Origin: Balanoglossus misakiensis
Taxonomy: Eukaryota > Animalia > Hemichordata
Direction of reading: 5' to 3'
Assembly (NCBI GenBank): GCA_040954595.2
Contig: CM082589.2
Coordinates: forward strand, 12,359,754 to 12,423,753
DNA length: 64,000 nt
The first letter of the stretch is position 1. Every line of letters starts with the position of its first letter. The notes below the pieces were generated by a model. The model was not told where the DNA came from. It worked only from the letters and a program-made list of their open reading frames with translations, and did not search any database. The position numbers and the translations under genes were made by a program. Of the stretch, positions 47,581 through 61,245 are shown piece after piece.

Positions 47581-50500
47581 AGGGTTAAAAACAATGGAAA
47601 TCAATATGAATAATCTTTTTGAAAATATTATTAAAAACTCATTATTTGGGTGCAAATATGATGATTATTCTATATTCCAAGTATAAATTAAAAATGACTC
47701 ATTTATCACTTCAAATTAAAAAAAAACTATTTTTAGGCTTAAAACATTAACTTTGTTTTCGAAAATATAAACACCCCTTGTGGATATATAGAGAATCAAC
47801 ATTTAATGACACCCATCTCGCTTGTCTGCTATGAGAGTAAAAACTCTTCCAAGAGAGACTTTGTCGGACATTGTTTATTTCAAATAAAAATGATTTAACA
47901 AGCGATTTCAACATAAATACAAAATGATTAAATGCTTCAGAACACTTTAAAAATCTTTAAATACAATAACAAAACGATATTTGGTCCATAACGTACGTTT
48001 TTAATAACAATTATAAGATAATGATTTCAAACTCAAAAACAGCCCATATTTTTAGGCTTTGAAATAATTTTCGTCTATAATAATCTAATTTAATAAGCTA
48101 AGTTTTTAATATTTGGAATTATAAACAATTATCATGCAAGAATTCACAAATATGATTTAGCAAGCAATTCCAATATTAATGTTTTTCAAGGCATTGAACC
48201 TGTTTTCTATCATTCTAAAGTCTCTTTTAAAAGTATTACAAAAAAACATTACTTGGCAAGAAAACTGCTCAATACGACACTATAAATTGTTATTTGCACG
48301 TTTTAAATAAAAACGATTCAATAAGCATTTTTAATTGAAAACCACTTATTTAGGCCAAAAAAACAATGTGAGATCATTATTAAACCCTTGAAGCTTTATT
48401 TTTTCACAAAAATGTTTAATACCTTATAAAATCAATGTCATATTCAAAAAGCGGAAATGATTTAACAAGCAATTTTTATATATTTACATTCCTATTTAAG
48501 CCTTTGGAAAACTGTTATATCGCACATTTAACTCAAACACAATCTTATTTAGGATTATAAACATTCTAAATTCCTTTTAAAATTTTTCTCTCGATTTAAG
48601 GCTTTTAAACACTTTATAATCATTCAAAAACTTTGAAAGTATTACTTAAACACAATATTTTGGCACGAAAACTTTTCAATACGACATAAAAAACGATGTA
48701 TGTTCCATATTGCTTTTTTATATTTAAAAAGACAAGAAACATTTCAAAACATTAATTTAGGCATGTAAACACTGTTAGAACATTAGATAAAAAAAATTTA
48801 ATACGGTATAAAATGATGTTATATGCACATTGTATATTTTGAAAAAAAATATGATTAAATAAACAATCGATACATAAATACAAGCATATTTAAAGCTCTA
48901 ATACAGTAATATATAATTCTTATACCTTTCTTTGTATATATGATGAAAAACTAATTATTTAGGAATGAAAACTGTTTAAAACGATACTAAAACAATGCTT
49001 GTTCCATATTTCAGGTTTTAAATAAAAATGATCCGTAAAGCAATTTAAGTTAAATACAAACTTATTTAGGCATAAAAAGCACCCTGGTACCATTATGTAA
49101 CCCGTCTTTGAAATTAGATATGAAACGCATTATTTTTCACTTCAAGGGTTTAATTCGGTATAAAATCGTTTTTATTCACATTGTTAACTTCAAATGAAAA
49201 TGTTTTAACAAGCGATTTCAACATGAATGCAACATGATTAAAGGCTTCAAAACACTTTAAAATCATTCTAAATCATTTCTTTGAATATGCTACAAAATAA
49301 CCATTAATTTATGAACAAAAACTTTAAATACAATACTAAAACGATATTTGGTCCATAACGCACTTTTAAATAAAAATTATTAGGTACTGATTTCAAACTC
49401 AAAAACACCCAATATTTTTAGGCTTGCGAATTATTTTCATCTGAAAATATAATTAACTCCAAAAACTGATATAAAATAGATGTTTTGATTCGTATATGTA
49501 TTGAATAAAAATCAAATAAGCCAAAATTAAGTTTTTAATATGAAAATGATTTAATAAGCAATATCAATGTTTTGCTTATCATTTTAAAGTCTCTTTTGAA
49601 TGTATTACAAAAAAACATTATTTGGCAAGAAAACTGCTCAAAACGATATTAAAAACGTTATTAGTTTCATATCGCATGTATTAAATAAAAACGATTCAAT
49701 AAGCATTTTAAATTCAAAACCACTTATTTAGGCTAAAAAACAATGTGGGATCATTTTTAAAAACCTTTTTGAAATTTTTTTCTATAACACGCTTTAATTT
49801 TTCACAAAAAATGTTTAATACCTTATAGAATCAATGCCATATTAACAAAGCGTATGTTTAACGGAAATGATTTAACAAGCAATTTCTATATATTTACACC
49901 GCTTTTTAAGCATTTGGAAAACTGTTAAATCATTCTAAAACCTTTCTTATAAAATAACATAAAACCATCCTTTATTCGGGCCCAAAAACTTCATATCGCA
50001 CATTTAACTCAAACACGACCTTATTTAGGATTATAAACATTCTAAATTCCTTTTAAAATTTTTCTCTCGATTTAAGGATTTTAAACACTCTATATAACTT
50101 TTAAATACAACATGAAAAACGATGTTTGTTCCTTATTGCTTTTTTATATCTAAAAAGACAAGAAACATTTCAAAACACTAATTTAGGCATGTAAACACTG
50201 TTAGAACATTTGATAAAAAAACAATTTAATACGGTATAAAATGATGTTATATGCACATTGTATATTTTGAAAAAAATATGATTAAATAAACAATCGTTAC
50301 ATAAATACATGCATATTTATAGCTCTAATACAGTAATATATAATTCTTAAACCTTTCTTTGTATATATGATAAAAAACTAATTATTTGGAATGAAAACTG
50401 TTTAAAACGATACTAAAACAATGCTTGTTCCATATTTCAGGTTTTAAATAAAAATGATCCGTAAAGCATTTTAAAGTTAAATACAAACTTATTTAGGCAT

Positions 50501-53500
50501 AAAAAGCACCCTCAGATCATTATTTAACCCGTCTTTGAAATTTGATATAAAACGCATTATTTTTCACTTAAAGGGTTTAATTCGGTATAAAATCGTTTTT
50601 ATTCACATTGATTACTTCAAATGAGAATGTTTTAACAAGCGATTTTAACATGAATGCAACATGATTAAAGGCTTCAGAACACTTTAAAATCATTCTAAAT
50701 CATATCTTTGAATATGCTACAAAACAATCATTAATTTTTTATCATTTATATAAAGAAATTTTTAAGAATTATATATTACTGTATTAGCGCTTTAAATATG
50801 CGTGTATTTATGTATCGATTGTTTATTTAATCATATTTTTTTCAAAATATACAATGTGCATATAATATCATTTTATACCGTATTAAATAGTTTTTTTTGT
50901 CAAATGTTCTAACAGGGTTTACATGCCTAAATTAGTGTTTTGAAATGTTTCTTGTCTTATTAGATATAAAAAAGCAATATGGAACATATATCGTTTTTTA
51001 TGTCGTATTGAAAAGTTTTATAAAGTGTTTAAAAGCCTTAAATCGAGAGAAAAATTTTAAAAGGAATTTAGAATGTTTATAATCCTAAATAAGGGTGTGT
51101 TTGAGTTAAATGTGCGATATGAAGTTTTTGGGCCCGAATAAAGGATGGTTTTTATGTTATGTTCAAAGAAAGGTTTTAGAATGATTTAACAGTTTTCCAA
51201 AGGCTTAAATAGGGGTGTAAATATATAGAAATTGCTTGTTAAATCATTTCCGTTAAACATACGCTTTAAGAATATGACATAGATTCTATAAGGTATCAAA
51301 CATTTTTTGTGAAAAATTAAAGAGTGTTATAGAAATAAAATTCAAAAAGGTTTTTAAAAATGATCCCACATTGTTTTTTAGCATGAATAAGTGGTTTTGA
51401 ATTTAAAATGCTTATTGAATCGTTTTTATTTAATACATGCGATAAGAAACTAATAACGTTTTTGGTATCGTTTTGAGCAGTTTTCTTGCCAAATAATGTT
51501 TTTTTGTAATACATTCAAAAGAGACTTTAGAATGATAAGCAAAACATTTATATTGCTTATTAAGTCATTTTCATATTAAAAACTTAATTTTGGCTTATTT
51601 GATTTTTATTCAATACATATACAAGTGTTCTGAAGCCTTTAATCATGTTGCATTCATGTTGAAATCGCTTGTTAAAACATTTTCATTTGAAGTAAACAAT
51701 GTGAATAAAAACGATTTTATACCGAATTAAACCCTTTAAGTGAAAAATAATGCGTTTCATATCAAATTTCAAAGACGTGTTAAATAATGATCTCAGGGTG
51801 CTTTTTATGCCTGAATAAGTTTGTATTTAACTTTAAAATGCTTTACGGATCATTTTTATTTAAAACCTGAAATATGGAACAAGCATTGTTTTAGTGTCGT
51901 TTTAAACAGTTTTTATTCCCAAATTATTAGTTTTTTTATCATATATACAAAGAAAGGTTTAAGAATTATATGTTACTGTATTAGAGCTTTAAATATGCGT
52001 GCATTTATGTATCGATTGTTTATTTAATCATATTTTTTTCAAAATATACAATGTGCATATAACATCATTTTATACCGTATTAAATAGTTTTTTTTATCAA
52101 ATGTTCTAATAGTATTTACATGCCTAAATTAGTGTTTTGAAATGTTTCTTGTCTTTTAAAATATAAAAAAGCAATATATAACATAAATCGTTTTTTATGT
52201 CGTAAAGCATTTTAAATCCGTAAAGCATTTTAAAGTTAAATACAAACTTATTTAGGCATAAAAAGCACCCTGAGATCATTATTTAACCCGTCTTTGAAAT
52301 TTAATATGAAACGCATTATTTTTCACTTAAAGGGTTTAATTCGGTATTAAATCGTTTTTATTCACATTGTTTACTTCAAATGAAAATGTTTTAACAAGCG
52401 ATTTCAACATGAATGCAACATGATTAAAGGCTTCAGAACACTTTAAAATCATTCTAAATAATTTCTTTGAATTTGCTACAAAATTCATTAATTTGTGCAC
52501 AAAAACTTTAAATACAATAATAAAACGATATTTGGTCCATAACGCACTTTTAAATAAAATTATTAGATATTGATTTCAAATTCAAAAACACCCAATATTT
52601 TTAGGCTTGCGAATTATTTTCATCTGAAAATATAATTAACTCCAAAAACTGATATAAAATAGATGTTTTTATTCGTATATGTATTGAATAAAAATCAAAT
52701 AAGCCAAAATTAAGTTTTTAATATGAAAATGATTTAATAAGCAATATCAATGTTTTGCTTATCATTCTAAAGTCTCTTTTGAATGTATTACAAAAAAACA
52801 TTATTTGGCAAGAAAACTGCTCAATACGATACTAAAAACGTTGTTAGTTTCATATCGCATGTATTAAATAAAAACGATTCAATAAGCATTTTAAATTCAA
52901 AACCACTTATTTAGGCTAAAAAACAATGAAGTATCATTATTAAAAACCTTTTTGAAATTTTTTTCTCTAACACGCTTAAATTTCTCACAAAAAATGTTTA
53001 ATACCTTATAAAATCAATGTCATATTCACAAAGCGTATTTTTAATGGTAATGATTTAGAAAGCAATTTCTATATAATTACACCCCTATTTAAGGTTTTGA
53101 AAAAGTGTTTAATCATTCTAAAACCTTTCTTTGAACACAATACAAAACCATCCTTTATTAGGGCCCAAAAACTGTTCAAAACGATATTTTTTCCATATAA
53201 CACGTTTTGAATAAAAATTAATAGATAGTGCTTTCTAACTCAAACACACCCTTATTTCGGCTTTTAAACATTCTAGATTCCTTTTAAAAATTTTCTGTCG
53301 ATTTAAAGCTTTTTAATATCGTTTTAGTATTGTATTTAAAGTTTTTGTGCACAAATTAATGGTTATTTTGTAGCATATAAGAAATGATTTAGAATGATTT
53401 AAAAGTGTTCTGAAGCCTTTAATCATGTTGCATTCATAATAAAATATCTTGTTAAAACATTTTCATTTGAAGTTAACAATGTGGATAAAAACGATTTTAT

Positions 53501-56500
53501 ACCGAATTAAACCCTTTAAGTGAAAAATAATGCGTTTCATATCTAATTTCAAAGACGGGTTAAATAATGATCTCAGGGTGATTTTTATGCCTAAATAAGT
53601 TTGTATTTAACTTTAAAATGCTTTACGTATCATTTTTATTTAAAACCTGAAATATGGAACAAGCATTGTTTTAGTGTCGTTTTAAACAGTTTTCATTCCC
53701 AAATAATTAGTTTTTTTATCATATATACAAAGAAAGGTTTAAGAATTATATATTACTGTATTAGAGCTTTAAATATGCGTGCATTTATGTATCGATTGTT
53801 TATTTAATCATATTTTTTTCAAAATATACAATGTGCATATAACATCATTTTATACCGTATTAAATAGTTTTTTTTATCAAATGTTCTAACAGTATTTACA
53901 TGCCTAAATTAGTGTTTTGAAATGTTTCTTGTCTTTTTAAATATAAAAAAGCAATATATAACATAAATCGTTTTTTATGTCGTATTGAACAGTTTTCGTG
54001 CCAAAATATTGTTTAAGTAATACTTTCAATGAAAGTTTTTGAATGATTATAATGTGTCTAAAAGCCTTAAATCGAGAGAAAAATTTTAAAAGGAATTTAG
54101 AATGTTTCTAATCCTAAATAAGATTGTCTTTGAGTTAAATGTGCGATATGAAGTGTTTGGGCCCGAATAAAGGATGGTTTTATGTTATGTTCAAAGAAAG
54201 GTTTTAGAATGATTTAACAGTTTTTCAAAGGCTTAAATAGGGATGTAAATATATAGAAATTGCTTGTTAAATCATTTCCGTAAAACATACGCTTTGTGAA
54301 TATGACATTGATTTTTTAAGGTATTAAACATTTTTTGTGAAAAATTAAAGCGTGTTATAGAAAAAAATTTCAAAAAGGTTTTTAATAATGACCCCACATT
54401 GTTTTTAGCCTAAATAAGTGGTTTTGAATTTAAAATGCTTATTGAATCGTATTCATTTAATACATGCGATATGAAACTAACAGCGTTTTTAGCGTCGTAT
54501 TGAGCAGTTTTCTTGCCAAATAATGTATTTTTGTAATACATTCAAAAGAGACTTTAGAATGATAAGCAAAACATTTATATTGGAAATGCTTATTAAATCA
54601 TTTTCATATTAAAAACTTAATTTTGGCTTATTTGATTTTTATTCAACACATATACGAATCAAAACATCTATTTTATATCAGTTTTTGGAGTTAATTATAT
54701 TTTCAGATGAAAATAATTCGCAAGCCTAAAAATATTGGGTGTTTTTGAATTTGAAATCAGTACATAATATTGAAAAGTGCGTTATGGTCCAAATATCGTT
54801 TTAGTATTATATTTAAAGTTTTTGTGCACAAACTAATTATTTGGGAATGAAAACTGTTTAAAAAACGATACTAAAACAATGCTTGTTCCATATTTCAGGT
54901 TTTAAAAAAAAATGATCCGTAAAGCATTTTAAAGTTAAATACAAACTTATTTAGGCATAAAAAGCACCCTGAGATCATTATTTAACCCGTCTCTGAAATT
55001 TAATATGAAACGCATTATTTTTCACTTAAAGGGTTTAATTCGGTATAAAATCGTTTTTATTCACATTGTTTACTTCAAATGAAAATGTTTTAACAAGCGA
55101 TTTCAACATGAATGCAACATGATTAAAGGCTTCAGAACACTTTAAAATCTTTCTAAATAATTTCTTTGAATTTGCTACAAAAATTATTAATTTGTGCACA
55201 AAAACTTTAAATACAATAATAAAACGATATTTGGTCCATAACGCACTTTTAAATAAAATTATTAGATATTGATTTCAAATTCAAAAACACCCATTATTTT
55301 TAGGCTTGCGAATTATTTTCATCTGAAAATATAATTAACTGCAAAAACTGATATAAAATAGATGTTTTTATTCGTATATGTATTGAATAAAAATCAAATA
55401 AACCAAAATTAAGTTTTTAATATGAAAATGATTTAATAAGCAATATCAATGTTTTGCTTATCATTCTAAAGTCTCTTTTGAATGTATTACAAAAAAACAT
55501 TATTTGGCAAGAAAACTGCTCAATACGATACTAAAAACGTTGTTAGTTTCATATCGCATGTATTAAATAAAAACGATTCAATAAGCATTTTGAATTCAAA
55601 ACAACTTATTTAGGCTAAAAAACAATGTAGTTTCATTATTAAAAACCTTTTTGAAATTTTTTTCTATAACACGCTTAAATTTCTCACAAAAAATGTTTAA
55701 TACCTTATAAAATCAATGTCATATTCACAAAGCGTATTTTTAATGGTAATGATTTAGAAAGCAATTTCTATATAATTACACCCCTATTTAAGGTTTTGAA
55801 AAAGTGTTTAATCATTCTAAAACCTTTCTTTGAACACAATACAAAACCATCCTTTATTAGGGCCCAAAAACTGTTCAAAACGATATTTTTTCCATATCAC
55901 ACGTTTTGAATAAAAATTAATAGATAGTGCTTTCTAACTCAAACACACCCTTATTTCGGCTTTTAAACATTCTAGATTCCTTTTAAAAAATTTCTCTCGA
56001 TTTAAAGCTTTTAATATCGTTTTAGTATTGTATTTAAAGTTTTTGTGCACAAATTAATGGTTATTTTGTAGCATATTCAAAGAAATGATTTAGAATGATT
56101 TTAAAGTGTTCTGAAGCCTTTAATCATGTTGCATTCATAATAAAATATCTTGTTAAAACATTTTCATTTGAAGTAAACAATGTGAATAAAAACGATTTTA
56201 TAACGAATTAAACCCTTTAAGTGAAAAATAATGCGTTTCATATCTAATTTCAAAGACGGGTTAAATAATGATCTCAGGGTGCTTTTTATGCCTAAATAAG
56301 TTTGTATTTAACTTTAAAATGCTTTACGTATCATTTTTATTTAAAACCTGAAATATGAAACAAGCATTGTTTTAGTATCGTTTTAAACAGTTTTCATTCC
56401 CAAATAATTAGTTTTTTATCATATATACAAAGAAAGGTTTATGAATAATATATTACTGTATAAGAGCTTTAAATATGCTTGTATTTATGCATCGATTGTT

Positions 56501-56700
56501 TATTTAATCATATTTTTTTCAAAATATACAATGTGCATATAACATCATTTTATATCGTATTAAATAGTTTTTTTTATCAAAATGAGGGTGCTTCATAGTA
56601 TTTTCGAAAAAAAATTGATTTCAATGTTTTAAGCCTAAAAATAGGTTGTTTTTGAATTCAAAATGATAATTTAATTTGTGCAATTTTCAAAAAGATGATT
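47580..56700. repeat. AT-rich subtelomeric repeat C (~1.4 kb unit) in alternating orientations
   Basis: Marker ttatttaggcataaaaagcaccc forward at ~49062, 50489, 52248, 54947; its reverse complement at ~51796, 53576, 56277. Confidence 0.88.
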
Positions 56701-57565
56701 CATGTTAATTTCCATTGTTTTGAAGCCTAAATAAATACATTTTATGAAATAGCTGGCAGAGAGGATTAGTAGGAGTTTGTATTATTGACAGAAGTGAGTT
56801 CTTCCATGGTTAGGATCTTTGGTCATGTATAAAAATTGTAGGTTTTGGTTCGTAATAGCGTTTTGGTGTTGTTTAGTTGGGAATGCGTTTGGATTATGCC
56901 AATCTTTACGTTAAGAGTTTTTTGGGTGGTCTTCGAGTATTTGGTAATGATAGGGTTAGTGTCAATTTTGATTTGGTTTGGGATGTTTGAGTTATGATAG
57001 TTTGGGTTACTTCCAGGATTTAAATTTGTGGTGGGTCTTGTGCGGTTTTGGGGATAGAGGTCGGGGTGGTGATAGGGAGGCATGGGAATATGTTGGGGTA
57101 AAGTTGGCTGGTAGTGGTGATAGCTGACAAGGTAGTGAGCCTTAGTTGAAATTTGGAGTTTGATCGGTGATTGGTGTTTGAGTAATAACGTATTTTTTAA
57201 GTGTACAATTCTGGGATTGACTTCGGGTTGAGGTTTGAGGTAAGGAGTGGATTGGGTCTGTTAAGGTGAGGTTCCAGTAAGGATTCGCGATGAGTGTGGA
57301 AGGATGATATATGGGATCAAATCTTTGGTCGTGTATTTGCTAGAAATGGTAGGTTTTGGTTTGTAATAGAGTCCTGATGTTGTATTGTTGGAGTTGCATT
57401 GGTAGAGTTTGGATTTGGATGCCAATCTTTAAGTCAAGTGTTACAAGTTGTGGTGGGTGTAAGGTGTGGTGTAAGAGATAGAGGCATTATGGGTCTGGTG
57501 CGGTTTTGGTGAAGGAGGCCAGGGTGGAGATGGGAGGGGGGCCAGTGGGAATACATTGGGGTAAA
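56700..57565 (-). repeat. Inverted, diverged copy of repeat B (B')
   Basis: 56701-56860 is the reverse complement of ~47450-47610 (aactcacttctgtcaata/tattgacagaagtgagtt); ttgacttcggg at ~57217. Confidence 0.9.
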
Positions 57566-60500
57566 GACCGTTTAACACATCAACTCTAATCCTTGACCCT
57601 TGACCCTTAGATCCCTGATCTCCAACTCTTGAACTCTAACCCTTGACCTTTGACCCTTCAACCCTTGACCCTTGAACTATAACCTTTGACCCTTGAACTC
57701 TAATACTTGGTCAGACTGTTGTGCCTTCAACTCTAATCCTTGACCCTTGAACCCTTGATCCTTGATCTCAAACTCTTGAACTCTAATCCTTAACCCTTGA
57801 CCTTTAACCCATCAACTTTTGACCCCTTAACTCAAACTTTTTAACCTTTGAACTCTAACCCTTGACCTTTGACTCTTGAACTACAACCTTTGACCCTAGA
57901 ACTCTATCACTTGACAATTAAACTCTAATACATAGCAACTGACTCTTGGTCCCTTGAACCTTGAACCTTGACCTCTGACCCTTGAACCTTGAACCTTTGA
58001 CCTTTGAACTCTAACCCTTGACCCTTGCCCCTTGACTCCTTGATTCTTGATCTCCACCTTATGAAATCCAACCCTTGACCTTTGACCCTTCAACCCTTGC
58101 TCCTTGACCCTTAACTCAAACATTTTGAACTTTGAACCCTAACCCTTGACCTTTGACCCTTAAAATCTAACTTTTAACCTTGACCATGACCTTTAACCCT
58201 TGAACCTTTGACCCTTGAACTTTAATCCTTGACCCTTGACCCATTGATACTTGATCTCCAACTCTTGAACTCTACCCCTTTATCTTTGAACCTTCAACCC
58301 TCAAACCCTGACCTAAAACCCTTGACCCTTGAACTCTAATCCTTGGTCAATCCTTTGACCCTCCAACTCTAATGATGGACCCTTGACCCTTAACTCATTC
58401 TTTTTGAACTTTGAACCCTAACCATTGACCTTTGACCCTTCAAATCTAACGTTTAAAATTGACCTTTGACCTTTGACCTTTGAACCTTTGACCCTTGAAC
58501 TTTAATCCTTGACCCTTGACCCCTTGATCCTTGATCTCCAACTCTTGAACTCTAACCCTTGAACTTTGACCGTTCAAATCTAACTTATAACATTGGCCTT
58601 TGATCCTTGACCATTGACCCTTGACGCATTGACCCTTGGACTTTAATCTTTGACCCTTGACCCCTTGATCCCTGATCTCCAAATCTTGAACTCTCACCCA
58701 TTACCTTTGAACCTTCAAATCTAACTTTTAATCTTGACCTTAGACCTTTGACTTTTGACCCTTGACCCTTTGACCCTTATACTTTAATACTTGACCCTTG
58801 ACCCCTTGATCATTGATATCCAACTCTTGAACTATAACCCTTGACCTTTGACCTTCAACCCTTGACCCCTGACCTATAACCAATGACCCTTGAACTCTAA
58901 TCATTGGTCAGACCGTTGAATTTAAACTCTTATCCTTGACCCTTGACCCCTTGATCCTTAATCTCCAACTCATGAAATCAAACCCTTGACCTTTGACTCT
59001 TCAACCCCTGCCCCTTGACCCTTAACTCAAACATTTTGAACTTTGAACCCTAACCTTTGACCTTTGACCCTTGAACCTTTGGCCCTTGAACTTTAATCCT
59101 TGACCCTTGACCCCTTGATCCTTGATCTCCAACTCTTGAACTCTACCCCTTTACCTTTGAACCTTCAACCCTCGAACCCTGACCTATAACCCTTGACCCT
59201 TGAACTCTAATCCTTGGTCAATCCTTTGACCCTTCAACTCTAATACTTGACCCTTGACCCTTGACCCCTTGATCCTTGATCTCCAACTCATGAAATCCAA
59301 CCCTTGACCTTTGACCCTTCAACCCTCGCCCCTTGACCCTTAACTCATACTTTTTGAACTTTGAACCTTAACCCTTGACCTTTGACTCAAATCTAACTTA
59401 TAACATTGACCTTTGACCTTTGACCTTTGACCTTTGACCCTTGAACTTTAATCCTTGACCCTTGACCCATTGATCCTTGATCTCCAAATCTTGAACTCTA
59501 CCCCTTGACCTTTGACCCTTCAAATCTAACTTTTAACCGTGACCTTTGACCCTTGACCTTTGACCCTTGGCCCTTTGATCCCTGATCTCCAACTCTTGAA
59601 CTCTAACCCTTGACCTTTGACCCTTCAACCCTTGACCCTTGAACTATAACCTTTGACCCTTGAACTCTAATACTTGGTCAGACTGTTGAGCCTTCAACTC
59701 TAATCCTTTACCCTTGACCCCTTGATCCTTGATCTGCAACTCTTGAACTCTAATCCTTAACCCTTGACCTTTGACCCATCAACCCTTGACACCTTAACTC
59801 AAACTTTTTAACCTTTGAACTCTAACCCTTGACCTTTGGCTCTTGAACTACAACCTTTGACCCTTGAACTCTATCACTTGACCATTAAACTCTAATACAT
59901 GGCGACTGACTCTTGGTCCCTTGACCCTTGAACCTTGACCTCTGACCCTTGAGCCTTGAATCTTTGACCTTTCAACTCTAACCCTTGACCCTTGCCCCTT
60001 GACTCCTTGATTCTTGATCTCCAACTTATGAAATCCAACCCTTGACCTTTGACCCTTCAACCTTTGCCCCTTGACCCTAAACTCAGACTTTTTGAACTTT
60101 GAACTCTAACCTATGACCTTTGACCCTTCAAATCTAACTTTTAATCTTGACCTTTGACCCTTGACTTTTGACCCTTGACCCTTGACCATTTGACCATCAT
60201 ACTTTAATACTTGACCCTTGACCCCTTGATCATTGATATCCAACTCTTGAACTATTACCCTTGACCTTTGACCGTCAACCCTTGACCCCTGACCTATAAC
60301 CAATGACCCTTGAACTCTAATCATTGGTCAGACCATTGAACTTCAACTCTTATCCTTGACCCTTGACCCCTTGATCCTTAATCTCCAACTCATGAAATCA
60401 AACCCTTGACCTTTGACCCTTCAACCCCTGCCCCTTGACCCTTAACTCTAACATTTTGAACTTTGAACCCTAACCCTTGACCTTTGACCCTTCAAATCTG

Positions 60501-61245
60501 ACTTTTAACCTTGACGTTTGATTTTGAACTTTGAACCCTAACCCTTGACCTTTGACCCTTCAAATCTAACTTTTAATTTTGACCTTTGACCTTTGACCCT
60601 TGAACGTTTGACCCTGGAACTTTAATCTGTGACCCTTGACATCTTGATCCCTGATGTCCAAATCTTGAACTCTCACCAATGACCTTTGACCCTTCAAATC
60701 TAACTTTTAATCTTGTCCTTTGACCCTTGACTTTTGACCCTTTACCCTGGACCTTTTGACCCTTATACTTAAATACTTGACCCTTGACCCCTTGATCATT
60801 GATATCCCACTCTTGAACTATAACCCTTGACCTTTGACCTTAAACCCTTGACCCCTGACCTATAACCAATGACCCTTGAACTCTAATCATTGGTGGTCAG
60901 ACCGTTGAACTTCAACTCTAATACTTAATCATTGACCCTTGACCCCTTGATCCTTAATATCCAACTCATGAAATCAAACCCTTGACCTTTGACCCTTCAA
61001 CCCTCGCCCCTTGACCCTTAACTAATACTTTTTGACTTTGAACCTTAACCCTTGACCTTTGACTCAAATATAATTTTTAACATTGACCTTTGACCTTTGA
61101 CCCTTGAACTTTGATCCTTGACCCTTGACCCATTGATCCTTGATCTCCTAATCTTGAACTCTACCCCTTGACCTTTGACCTTTCATCCCTTGACCCTTAA
61201 CTCAAACTTCTAGAATTTTGAACCCTTACCCTTGACCTTTGACCC
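57566..61245 (-). repeat. Inverted, diverged satellite A (A'), C-rich on +
   Basis: ttgaccc/ttgacct/ctaaccc/ttgaact heptamers, the reverse complement of satellite A; internal ~1.95 kb duplication (paired ORFs 57896/59848). Confidence 0.93.

Noticed and set aside
47580-56700. AT-rich block as mitochondrial insertion or symbiont DNA
   Set aside because: No recognisable genes, tRNAs or rRNA; it is internally repetitive and continuous with repeat B on both sides.
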